A model generated the notes under the pieces. The model was not told the DNA's origin and ran no database searches. It saw only the letters and a program-made list of their open reading frames with translations. A program made the translations under genes and the position numbers. A stretch of DNA of 64,000 nucleotides from Candidatus Micrarchaeia archaeon (GTDB lineage Archaea > Micrarchaeota > Micrarchaeia > Anstonellales > Bilamarchaeaceae): the NCBI GenBank assembly GCA_041653635.1, contig JBAZFC010000001.1:433723-497722 (forward strand), in the 5' to 3' direction. Of the stretch, positions 17,129 to 25,669 are shown in pieces; position 1 is the stretch's first letter, and the number at the start of each line of letters is the position of its first letter.

Positions 17129-18517
17129 ATGCGAGAGGATGTAAAAAATCTCAAGTATGTTTTTGAGCCCTCCTCCATCGCGGTCATAGGCGCTTCCCCA
17201 ACAACCGGAAAATTAGGGAACGTCGTCCTCAAAAACATTCTAGACAGCAATTTTGAGGGAAAAGTTTATCCCGTGAATCCGAAATATGAAAATGTGCTTG
17301 GGCTGAAATGCGCCCCGGATGTGAAATCCGTAGAAGGCACTCCGGACCTCGCCATTTTCGCCATCCCTGCGGAACTCATCCCTGATGTGATGGAACAATG
17401 CGGAAAGAAGGGGGTGAAGGGCGCGATTGTGCTTTCCGCCGGCTTTGGGGAAATAGGAAGGAAGGACCTGGATGAGAAATTATCCTCTATTGTAAAAAAA
17501 TACAAAATCGCCCTCATAGGCCCGAATTGTTTGGGCGCATTGAATCCCGCGAACCGCGTGGATACCCTATTTTTCCCATTCTACAAATTGGGCCGCCCGC
17601 GCATCGGCGACATTTCCTTCGTCACGCAGAGCGGCGCTGTGGGCAGCTGCATCGTGGACATGGCCGCCTATTTTGGGATTGGATTTGCTAAATTCGTTTC
17701 ATACGGAAACGGGCTTACCCTTGATGAGTCGGACATAATAGAGTATTTCGGCTCTGATGAGCACACGAAGCAGATTTTGCTCTATTTGGAAGGGACAAAA
17801 GACGGGCGCAAGCTGCTGGAAGTGATGCGCCGCGTAAATAAGAAAAAACCAATCATCGCTTTGAAGGCAGGGAAGGGCGCGGGCGCCTCCAAAGCCGCGA
17901 TGTCCCATACCGGAAATATCGCAGGCAATTACACCGCATATCAAGCCGCTTTCCGCCAGGCAAAAGTGATAGAGGTGAATTCCCTCGCCGAGCTTTTCCA
18001 TGCGGTGAATGCATTCAGCCAACCTTTTCCAAAGGGGAACCGTGTCGCCGTGCTTACGGACGGAGGCGGGCTAGGCGTCCTTACCGCAGATGCTATTGAG
18101 GCAGAAGGGATGCGGCTCTCCCAGCTTTCCACAGCCACTTCAAAGGTAATCAAGAGCATCCTCCCGCCCTACGGAAACGTGGGGAATCCAATAGACATAA
18201 TCGCGGATTCCGGACCTGACCAGTACAAGAAGGCTTTGGACGCGCTTATCGCGGACGATGGCGTGGATACCATAATAGTAATAGTTCTATTCCAAGCCCC
18301 TGCTTTGGACTCCAGCATCCTGGACATCATAGTTACAGCTTCTGACCAGCGCAAGAAGCCCATATTCACCGTCGCGGTTGGCGGCGACTACACAAATGAA
18401 AGCAGGAAAGTCCTTGACAGGTACGGCGTGCCTTCCTATGATTCCCCTGATTTCGCGGTGAAGGCATTGAAGAGATTCACGGACTACGGATTACTTCTTT
18501 CTAAGAAGAAGAAATAG
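17129..18517 (+). CDS. acdA: acetate--CoA ligase (ADP-forming) alpha subunit
   Basis: SIAVIGAS, YPVNP, IGPNCLG, QSGA, SHTG phospho-His, NPIDI. Confidence 0.92.
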   Translation: MREDVKNLKYVFEPSSIAVIGASPTTGKLGNVVLKNILDSNFEGKVYPVNPKYENVLGLKCAPDVKSVEGTPDLAIFAIPAELIPDVMEQCGKKGVKGAIVLSAGFGEIGRKDLDEKLSSIVKKYKIALIGPNCLGALNPANRVDTLFFPFYKLGRPRIGDISFVTQSGAVGSCIVDMAAYFGIGFAKFVSYGNGLTLDESDIIEYFGSDEHTKQILLYLEGTKDGRKLLEVMRRVNKKKPIIALKAGKGAGASKAAMSHTGNIAGNYTAYQAAFRQAKVIEVNSLAELFHAVNAFSQPFPKGNRVAVLTDGGGLGVLTADAIEAEGMRLSQLSTATSKVIKSILPPYGNVGNPIDIIADSGPDQYKKALDALIADDGVDTIIVIVLFQAPALDSSILDIIVTASDQRKKPIFTVAVGGDYTNESRKVLDRYGVPSYDSPDFAVKALKRFTDYGLLLSKKKK

Positions 18518-19138
18518 ATGGTCCATCTCAAACGGCTCCAGATCTATCCTTTCAACAACCTCAAACGTCCCCTCCAATTCCTTTTCCACCCTCGCATAGA
18601 TTTCCGATGGTTTTTTCGTCACATCTATGCTCTGGGACTTGATTGCAATCATCCCATACCCGCCCTTCTTCAGGAAGCGGGCGTTCTTTATCATCATTTC
18701 CGCCTGCTCGGGGTGGGCGACGTCCTCAAAAACCACATCCACATTTCCCACTTCCTCGTAATCCTGCGGCTTCCCTGCATCCGCGAGTATTGGAATGACA
18801 TTCTGCCTCACTTCGCACAATTGCAGGAGGGATTTCATTGAATGCGCGGATATTTCCACAGCATAGACCTCTCCCGTTTCCCCCACTATATCTGATACAT
18901 GGGAAGTGGTGGTGCCGGTGGCCGCCCCCAGATAGAGAACTTTGGAGCCCGGCTTTATGGGCATGGTTTTCAGCCCCCGCCTTATCGCGGCGCCCAGCTT
19001 GCTGCGGTTCGGGTTCCAGGAGCGGTACTCCACACCCTCTATTTTGTAGGTGTCCTCGCCGTAAGCCTTCTTCCCCGGAACAAGATTCCTTGTAAGGAGC
19101 ATTCCCTTGTTCTCGTACACTCCCTTGAACAGTTCCAT
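18491..19138 (-). CDS. flpA: fibrillarin-like rRNA/tRNA 2'-O-methyltransferase
   Basis: YRSWNPNRSKL, VLYLGAATGTT.SHVSD, DVAHPEQ; no GAR domain. Confidence 0.96.
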   Translation of the reverse strand: MELFKGVYENKGMLLTRNLVPGKKAYGEDTYKIEGVEYRSWNPNRSKLGAAIRRGLKTMPIKPGSKVLYLGAATGTTTSHVSDIVGETGEVYAVEISAHSMKSLLQLCEVRQNVIPILADAGKPQDYEEVGNVDVVFEDVAHPEQAEMMIKNARFLKKGGYGMIAIKSQSIDVTKKPSEIYARVEKELEGTFEVVERIDLEPFEMDHLFLLLRKK

Positions 19139-19686
19139 CATTGGCGAACACACTCTCCTTCCGAGCACTCGCAGCTTATTTCCAACCTTTCAATGTCCCC
19201 GCTGGAGCAGTGGTACTCATAAAGCAGTGAAGGCGATGCGCACCTGTCCGTGACCGTTTCCATCACCGCGGTGCTTTCGGTCATCTTTGTGTCGCCCCTC
19301 CTATAAATGTCGTCCCCCTCGTTTGATTCCACGCAGAAGCCCTCCTGCCTGTGCACGCATGCATTGTCGCGGCAGTTCCAGCCGCACCTCACGATGTCCT
19401 GTGACACAACGCCGCCCCTGCAGGAATAAACCTGCATGTCCCCGCCCGGGTAGCAGCCGTTCGTGTATGTCCCGTATGCGCCGTCCAGCTCGCCCTTTGC
19501 GTAGGTCGCGTATTCCTCGCATGCCTGCGGCGCGGTTATCCCCGGAGGGGATGGCTCAGGCTGCGGATAGGACAGCCCTCCTGTATAGCCGGAAGAGCCG
19601 GGCTGGCTGGCTGTGCCGCCCTGCTGCTGCGCGCAGCCCGCAAGGAAAAGAAACCCTATTACCAGGATTGCTAGAATGGATTTCAT
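19138..19686 (-). CDS. Cys-rich lipoprotein
   Basis: Lipobox LAGC, Pro/Gly linker, two Cys-rich modules (D.C...L.EY.C...C...C..G.C). Confidence 0.75.
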   Translation of the reverse strand: MKSILAILVIGFLFLAGCAQQQGGTASQPGSSGYTGGLSYPQPEPSPPGITAPQACEEYATYAKGELDGAYGTYTNGCYPGGDMQVYSCRGGVVSQDIVRCGWNCRDNACVHRQEGFCVESNEGDDIYRRGDTKMTESTAVMETVTDRCASPSLLYEYHCSSGDIERLEISCECSEGECVRQ

Positions 19687-19713
19687 AAGTATTATTCGGA
19701 GGGAGGGTTTAAT

Positions 19714-20106
19714 TTAATACCTGCGCCGCCTTCTGGAGTAGAAACAGGTGCATTTGACGTTTCTCGAACTAGGTTTTTTGTCTTCATCTGAATAAAGATT
19801 CCATGATATAATTAAACCCAATCCGCATAATGAAATAAAGAAACCCAAATTGAGTACGAATATGGAAATACTGCCAAAAATGCTTGCCCCAGAAGTACCA
19901 AATCCATTTGTTGATACTACCCACGCCCCTACAAGTCCTGCGATTATACCAACCATCATGTCTCTAAAGATTTTCTTTACTTTTTCAGCGTTCTTTTTTA
20001 AATATCTCCAGATGAAACTTATGCCTAACAAAGCAAAAATCATCCCGATAAATATGGGGATAAGAAGTGCTACGATTATCGCCATATCACCGGTTAGTTC
20101 AAACAT
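19714..20106 (-). CDS. AT-rich small membrane protein
   Basis: ATG 20106; three hydrophobic segments; visibly AT-rich against its flanks. Confidence 0.55.
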   Translation of the reverse strand: MFELTGDMAIIVALLIPIFIGMIFALLGISFIWRYLKKNAEKVKKIFRDMMVGIIAGLVGAWVVSTNGFGTSGASIFGSISIFVLNLGFFISLCGLGLIISWNLYSDEDKKPSSRNVKCTCFYSRRRRRY

Positions 20107-20118
20107 TCTCTCATCTAT

Positions 20119-20193
20119 CGGGCCCGGGGGGATTTGAACCCCCGGCCTACGGATTAAAAGTCCGCCGCTCTGACCAAGCTGAGCTACGGGCCC
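20119..20193 (-). tRNA. tRNA-Lys(TTT)
   Basis: GGGCCCG acceptor stem, GCGGA-CT-TTT-AA-TCCGT anticodon arm, GGTTCAAATCC; CCA not encoded. Confidence 0.96.
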
Positions 20194-20230
20194 AAGAGCA
20201 AACACTATTAACGCATCAAATAGTTTTAAA

Positions 20231-21235
20231 CTACTCCTTCCTCGCAATCTCCTTAGCAACCCCTTCCGGGAAGAAAGTGAACTTGTGCTCCTTCAGCACG
20301 GTCATCACCTCCAAAGAACGCATCACGGGAAGGAAGTTGTTCCTGAATTCCAGAAGCGTCTCATGCAATTCAGAAGGCCCCCGCGCAGTAAAGAACGCAA
20401 CCCCGCCCAAAGAATTCGCGGAATGGAAACCATAAGTAACTCCCTTCTGCGTCTTGAAATATGCCTTCAGTTTCGCCTCATACTCCGGAGTGATGTTCTT
20501 CAGCATGAACTCAATATAGTAGGAATTGAAGCCGAGCATGGAGACGTCCAAATCCACCCCGTATCCCTCTATCACGCCCAGCGCCTCAAGGTTCGCCTTC
20601 CTGTACCCCACCACGTCCCTGTCCAGCCCTGTTTCCTTCACCATGTCAACTATCCTTTTCCGCCCGTTGGAATCCAGGGAGCGCAGCACGGCGGCGTCCC
20701 TCGCATCCAGCCTGGGCCGCCCCTTCTGCACCACGGCGCTCCGGCGCGTGGAGAACGGCCGCAGGCCCGTTTCCCCCACCGCGTCCATGAAATTGGTTTT
20801 TTTGTAAAGGAAGGCGCAGGACTTCACCTCAAGGTCGTTCAGCGCGGCCCCGCACACGCCCGATATCTCCGATACAATCCTATACACGTCCTCGTCGTTC
20901 CGCACCGCGAACTCCGCAAGCACATCCCAGCGCCCAAGCATGGTGAAGGCGTTCATGCAGAAGGGGTGCGCCCTTATGTGCCCCATTATCTTCTCCATCT
21001 CCTCTTTCCCAGGGGAGAGGCTCATGGTGAGCTGGAACGAATTGTAGCCAAGGGAATCCGGGTGTATCCTGGTGAAATACTTGCATATCACGCCCATCCT
21101 CTCCAGCCGCTTAATCCTGTAAAGGACGGCATCCTTGGAGAGCCCCGCCATTTTTGCAATCCTGTTGGTGGGCAGGCGGGAGTTCTGCGTGAGTATATAG
21201 AGTATTTTTCTGTCTTTTAGGTCAATTTTTTCCAT
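20231..21235 (-). CDS. tandem (double) Lrp/AsnC family transcription regulator
   Basis: Two HTH+RAM units: IDLKDRKIL...RIKRLERMGVI and LDARDAAVL...LEALGVI. Confidence 0.88.
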   Translation of the reverse strand: MEKIDLKDRKILYILTQNSRLPTNRIAKMAGLSKDAVLYRIKRLERMGVICKYFTRIHPDSLGYNSFQLTMSLSPGKEEMEKIMGHIRAHPFCMNAFTMLGRWDVLAEFAVRNDEDVYRIVSEISGVCGAALNDLEVKSCAFLYKKTNFMDAVGETGLRPFSTRRSAVVQKGRPRLDARDAAVLRSLDSNGRKRIVDMVKETGLDRDVVGYRKANLEALGVIEGYGVDLDVSMLGFNSYYIEFMLKNITPEYEAKLKAYFKTQKGVTYGFHSANSLGGVAFFTARGPSELHETLLEFRNNFLPVMRSLEVMTVLKEHKFTFFPEGVAKEIARKE

Positions 21236-21314
21236 AAGTAAGAATTATACGCAATAATCTTAAATATTTCACTTATTTGTGGCAAAATCCATTCACAGGT
21301 TATATATCCCCAAA

Positions 21315-23120
21315 ATGCGTAAGAAACTTATGAGAAACCTGAAATTCACCGAACTGGGGTATGCGCCGATAGAAGTGCTGGAGGCGAGCCGCGCACACCG
21401 CGAGGGATATGCGCCGGAAGGGCCCGGGCGCCCCAGGCCCCGCGAGAACGGCAAATACTACTGCCTTTCCTTCTATCTGGATTCCATCACCAAAGAAAAC
21501 TGGGCGGACTTCCTCAGGAAGCTCTCGGACTTCCAGCTCACCGCGACCATCCACATGGAGATGGAGGGCCGCCACGTGCGCTTCATAGTGGAGAGCGACA
21601 GGCACCTGGAAAACGGGAACTCCATCTTCTACCCGTTCAGGGCGATGCCCACGAGGGAGGAGCCGGCAAAGATGCCGGGGGGGATATGGCCCCACGCGGT
21701 GCGCAGCAAGGACCTCTTCGCATTCATGTCCAGGGAGCAGATAAGGAAGAACAGGGAAGTTAAGAGGATAGAGCTGAGATGCGTGATAAAGAGGCCTTTA
21801 AACGTAATCCCGGCAATCGGGAGGGTTTCCTATTCCAACGGGGATTCGGAATTCCTCGCAATAGCGGACCTCACCACCTTCCTCTCCTTTGACCTTCTCA
21901 AGACCGCGGAGATGCATGTGGATAAAGTGGAGGCGGAGCTGAGGAACTCGGACATACGCACGAGGGGCCAGAGGAAGAACCTCATGCTTGAGGGCAACGG
22001 CGTGAGTTTAGGGGTGGAGGATTACGATTTCCAGAAGCACGGCCTGGTCGTAGGCCAGAGCGGCGCAGGGAAGAGCAAGCTCCTTGAGCTTTTTGTAAAA
22101 GGCCTCATAAAGGATGGAAAGCTGGACGAATACACCGTGGTCTTCCTTGACCCGCACGGCGACGTGCACAGGAACATAAAATATGAAAAGAGCACTCTGG
22201 TGGACTTCCGCTCCCACGCGATAGAATTGTTCTCAAACAGCGGGGAGCCGAGCGGCTCCACCGAGCTCACGGTCGCGCTGTTCTCCTCATTCATAGACGT
22301 AAATAATCCCTACCTTTCAAGGGTGCTCAAGCACTCCCTCCACCTCCTCTTCTCGCTCAAGATGATGAGCCTGGACAACCTGAGCCTCCTGCTCACGGAC
22401 ACTATGGCGAGGAAGGAGATAGTCGCGAAATGCGAGAACACCCAGCTCAAGAAGTTCTTTGACACCGAGTTCATGGAGATGCGCACCCAGCGTTATGACA
22501 GTGCGATACTTCCGATAGTAAATCTAATAGATGAATACAGGATGCTCACCGCGGGCATAAGCGAGGCGTCCCAGCACGAGCTGGCCGGGCTCATGGACAA
22601 GAACCCGCTGGTCTTCGTTTCAACGAACCCCGCGCTCCTCGGAAAGAACATGACGAGGTTGATTGGCGGCGCGGTAATCCAGCAGATATTCACCCTCCTG
22701 CAGACAGGAAGGATAAGGAAGAAAATCATACTCGTGGTGGATGAGACCTCGCTTGTGCAGAACCCTGCGCTCGCCTCCATTTTATCCGAGGCGAGGAAGT
22801 TCGGGCTCACGGTCCTTTTCGCGCAGCAGTACCTCGGCCAGCTTGAGGAGGGCGTGCTCAAGTCCGTGCAGGCGAACATGGTGAACCTATTCTGCTTCAA
22901 GGTTGCAAGGGAGGACGCGGACACCGTGAATAAAATGATGAATTTGGAAATCAACCCCGTCTTTGAGAAGGAGAGGGCGTTCGCAAAAGTGGAGGACATG
23001 AAGACGGACATGCTCACGAAGAGCAACCCGAGGGAATGCGTCTTCCGCGTGATGCAGAACGGAAGGCTGGTGAGGCCGGTGAAGGCGAGGACCGTGGACG
23101 TGGAAAGCCTGGTGATATGA
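21315..23120 (+). CDS. HerA/VirD4(TraD)-like P-loop ATPase
   Basis: GQSGAGKS Walker A, FLDPHGD, LVVDE Walker B, SEARKFGL...AQQYLGQL; start uncertain. Confidence 0.85.
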   Translation: MRKKLMRNLKFTELGYAPIEVLEASRAHREGYAPEGPGRPRPRENGKYYCLSFYLDSITKENWADFLRKLSDFQLTATIHMEMEGRHVRFIVESDRHLENGNSIFYPFRAMPTREEPAKMPGGIWPHAVRSKDLFAFMSREQIRKNREVKRIELRCVIKRPLNVIPAIGRVSYSNGDSEFLAIADLTTFLSFDLLKTAEMHVDKVEAELRNSDIRTRGQRKNLMLEGNGVSLGVEDYDFQKHGLVVGQSGAGKSKLLELFVKGLIKDGKLDEYTVVFLDPHGDVHRNIKYEKSTLVDFRSHAIELFSNSGEPSGSTELTVALFSSFIDVNNPYLSRVLKHSLHLLFSLKMMSLDNLSLLLTDTMARKEIVAKCENTQLKKFFDTEFMEMRTQRYDSAILPIVNLIDEYRMLTAGISEASQHELAGLMDKNPLVFVSTNPALLGKNMTRLIGGAVIQQIFTLLQTGRIRKKIILVVDETSLVQNPALASILSEARKFGLTVLFAQQYLGQLEEGVLKSVQANMVNLFCFKVAREDADTVNKMMNLEINPVFEKERAFAKVEDMKTDMLTKSNPRECVFRVMQNGRLVRPVKARTVDVESLVI

Positions 23121-23830
23121 TGGACAACGAGGAAGGCTTCAGGGCGGTCTGCAAACAATTGTTCGGGGCGGGCGTTTCCATTTCTTTGGAGGAGGGCGCG
23201 AAGCTCTTTTCTTATGGGATAGAACTGCCCAGGCAGAGGAAGACGATGGAAGGCGGCACCACCCACACCAATTATGGTGGCGGGAACTACGTAAATCCTA
23301 AGGAGGTGCAGAAGCTCACGGAGGGCGGCAACATGTTTCCCGTGGAGAAAATAGATGGTATGGAGGACGTCCAGCGCCTCTACTCGGATTTGCGCTCCTT
23401 CCTCGGCGACAAGTCCATAGACGCGCAGAACATGGAGAAATCCGACAATGTATTGGCAAGCTCGGACGTCTATATGAGCGACAACATCGTGGAATGCAAG
23501 AACGTGGGCTTCTCCTTCTCCCTTTTCCGGTGCGAGTACGTGTACGGCTCCAAGAACCTGGACTCCTGCTCCTTCTCCATCAGGTGCCAGGACAGCAGAT
23601 TGCTTAACAACTGCTTTGAGGTCAGCTGGAGCGCGAAATGCACGGACTCTATGTTCTGCCACGACTCCTTTGATTTGCGGGACTGCCTCTTCTGCTTCCA
23701 TCTGGCGTCCAAGCAGTACTGCATAGCGAACAGGCAGTATTCCAGGGAGGATTATCTCCGCATAAAAGGGATGCTGCTGGAACACCTCAAGAAAAACGGG
23801 TTTAGGGCGGATTTCTTCCCGCAATTGTGA
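23117..23830 (+). CDS. Cys/Ser-rich repeat protein (probable beta-helix)
   Basis: Short repeats such as SDNVLASSDVYMSDNIVECKNV, ending DCLFCFHLASKQYCIANRQYSREDY; overlaps the ATPase stop codon. Confidence 0.75.
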   Translation: MMDNEEGFRAVCKQLFGAGVSISLEEGAKLFSYGIELPRQRKTMEGGTTHTNYGGGNYVNPKEVQKLTEGGNMFPVEKIDGMEDVQRLYSDLRSFLGDKSIDAQNMEKSDNVLASSDVYMSDNIVECKNVGFSFSLFRCEYVYGSKNLDSCSFSIRCQDSRLLNNCFEVSWSAKCTDSMFCHDSFDLRDCLFCFHLASKQYCIANRQYSREDYLRIKGMLLEHLKKNGFRADFFPQL

Positions 23831-23872
23831 GCTTCCGCAGGGTATAAAAAGAGTTGTTCATTATATACTTAT

Positions 23873-24304
23873 ATGGTTGAAGATAGAAAACCTAAATTTG
23901 CGGTGATACCCGGAGGGCTGGAGCCCAAAGGCCTCAAAAGCAAGGCGAGGCAGGCACACAGGGACATCGCCGCCAAGTGCATACTTGATATTCACGAGAT
24001 AAGGGACAGGATGGCCAAAAGGGTCGCGGACCCGGAACTGTTCAATGAAGAGTTTAAGAAATATTTCAATACGCCCACCACAACCAGTGACCTGGAGCGG
24101 AGGAGGCAGATGGAGGTTGCGCTGGAAAAGTGGCTGAAGTTTGAGGAGGATTTTTACGCCCACCTCAATGCGAACGGCTACAGGAGCATTCTTCTTCCAG
24201 CGGAAAAGATAGCCGCCACCGTCAAACATATAGCAGACACCGCATGGGTGGGTTTCAGGCCTGTTTTCCACGGGCGCAAGCCCACACCACCGGATTCCGC
24301 ATAA
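23873..24304 (+). CDS. hypothetical protein
   Basis: TATA-like sequence upstream, fills the intergenic space, typical codon usage. Confidence 0.6.
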   Translation: MVEDRKPKFAVIPGGLEPKGLKSKARQAHRDIAAKCILDIHEIRDRMAKRVADPELFNEEFKKYFNTPTTTSDLERRRQMEVALEKWLKFEEDFYAHLNANGYRSILLPAEKIAATVKHIADTAWVGFRPVFHGRKPTPPDSA

Positions 24305-24336
24305 GTATATAAAAAGTTCTGATGAATTTTTCCCTC

Positions 24337-25362
24337 ATGCCTACGAAAGAGGAATACCTGCAAAGGGAACTGAAGCACATAGACATCAAGAAGCACAACA
24401 CGGTACAGCTTGTTGAGGACTATTCACACATGGCTTTCCAGGCAAGAAATCTTGCCCGCGCCTCGCACATCTACGACAAGATGCTTTCCGACGACAAATG
24501 CACGGTCATCCTAACGCTGGCCGGCTCGCTCTTCAGCGCCGGGCTAAAAGATGTAGTAGTTGATATGGTGCGCAACAACATGGTGGATGCAATCGTATCC
24601 ACGGGCGCCATAATGGTGGACCAGGACTTCTTTGAGGGATTGGGCTTCAAGCATTACATCGGCACGCCGATGGTGGATGACGAGGATTTGCGCCAGAAGC
24701 ACATAGACCGCATTTACGATACATACATTGACGAGGACGAATTGCGCGTATGCGACATGACCGTCGCGAAAATAGCGGACGGGCTTCCGCCCAAGCCCCA
24801 CTCCTCAAGGGAAATCCTGAGGGAAATGGGCAAGCACCTGAAGGAGCACGGGAAGAACAAGCAGTCCGTGGTTCTCGCATCCTATGAGATGGGCGTCCCG
24901 ATTTTCGTGCCCGCCTTCTCCGATTGCAGCGCGGGCTTCGGCTTCGTCCACCACCAGTGGAACCATCCCGGGCAGCATGCGTCCATAGATTCGGCGAAGG
25001 ATTTCCTTGAGCTTACGAAACTCAAGCTGGCGGCGGGGGAAACGGGAATCTTCATGGTCGGAGGCGGAGTTCCGAAGAACTTCACCCAGGACGTGGTTGT
25101 TGCGGGAGAGGTGCTGGGGAAGGACGTTTCCATGCACAAGTACGCCGTGCAAATCACCGTCGCGGACGAGAGGGACGGCGCGTGCTCCAGTTCCACCCTG
25201 AAGGAGGCGCACTCCTGGGGCAAGGTGGACGAGGGAAACGAGCAGATGGTCTATGCGGAAGCGACCATGGCGATGCCCCTCATTGTGGGATACGCTTACC
25301 ACAAGGGAAATTGGAAGAAGAGGAAGCCGAAGAACTTCGGGCCGATGCTTGACAAGGGCTAA
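24337..25362 (+). CDS. deoxyhypusine synthase-like protein (bacterial SpeY-like subgroup)
   Basis: IVSTGA, IDRIYD, GGGVPKNF, DERDGACSSSTLKEAHSWGK (catalytic Lys). Confidence 0.88.
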   Translation: MPTKEEYLQRELKHIDIKKHNTVQLVEDYSHMAFQARNLARASHIYDKMLSDDKCTVILTLAGSLFSAGLKDVVVDMVRNNMVDAIVSTGAIMVDQDFFEGLGFKHYIGTPMVDDEDLRQKHIDRIYDTYIDEDELRVCDMTVAKIADGLPPKPHSSREILREMGKHLKEHGKNKQSVVLASYEMGVPIFVPAFSDCSAGFGFVHHQWNHPGQHASIDSAKDFLELTKLKLAAGETGIFMVGGGVPKNFTQDVVVAGEVLGKDVSMHKYAVQITVADERDGACSSSTLKEAHSWGKVDEGNEQMVYAEATMAMPLIVGYAYHKGNWKKRKPKNFGPMLDKG

Positions 25363-25363
25363 T

Positions 25364-25618
25364 ATGGACGGCGTAAATCTTCTCGGCTATCTTGCGGGCC
25401 TCCTGCTCACCATTTCGCTAATCCCCCAAGTGCTGCAGAGCTGGAGGACGAAATCCACCAAGGATATTTCCCTCTGGAGGTACGTGATTTACACCTCCGG
25501 CATCGCGCTGCTGGTCATTTACGCATTCCTTGTGAATGACATCCCGGTCGCGGTGACGAACATCGTGGCGCTGCCGCTCGCGCTTTCAGTCATCTACCTG
25601 AAATTGAAGCACGGGTAG
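25364..25618 (+). CDS. SemiSWEET/PQ-loop transporter
   Basis: LIPQVLQSWRTKSTKDIS, three TM helices, ends KLKHG. Confidence 0.85.
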   Translation: MDGVNLLGYLAGLLLTISLIPQVLQSWRTKSTKDISLWRYVIYTSGIALLVIYAFLVNDIPVAVTNIVALPLALSVIYLKLKHG

Positions 25619-25669
25619 GTATTAGGCATATTTTAATATTGCATAATCCCAATCTACTCAGGTGTTTTC

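Noticed and set aside
19714..20259. ORF-track extensions running through tRNA-Lys (and 6880..6942 through tRNA-Arg)
   Set aside because: They overlap clear tRNA genes; downstream ATGs give sensible proteins
19690..23830. Integrated element at tRNA-Lys
   Set aside because: No integrase and no duplicated tRNA end (att site) found by eye
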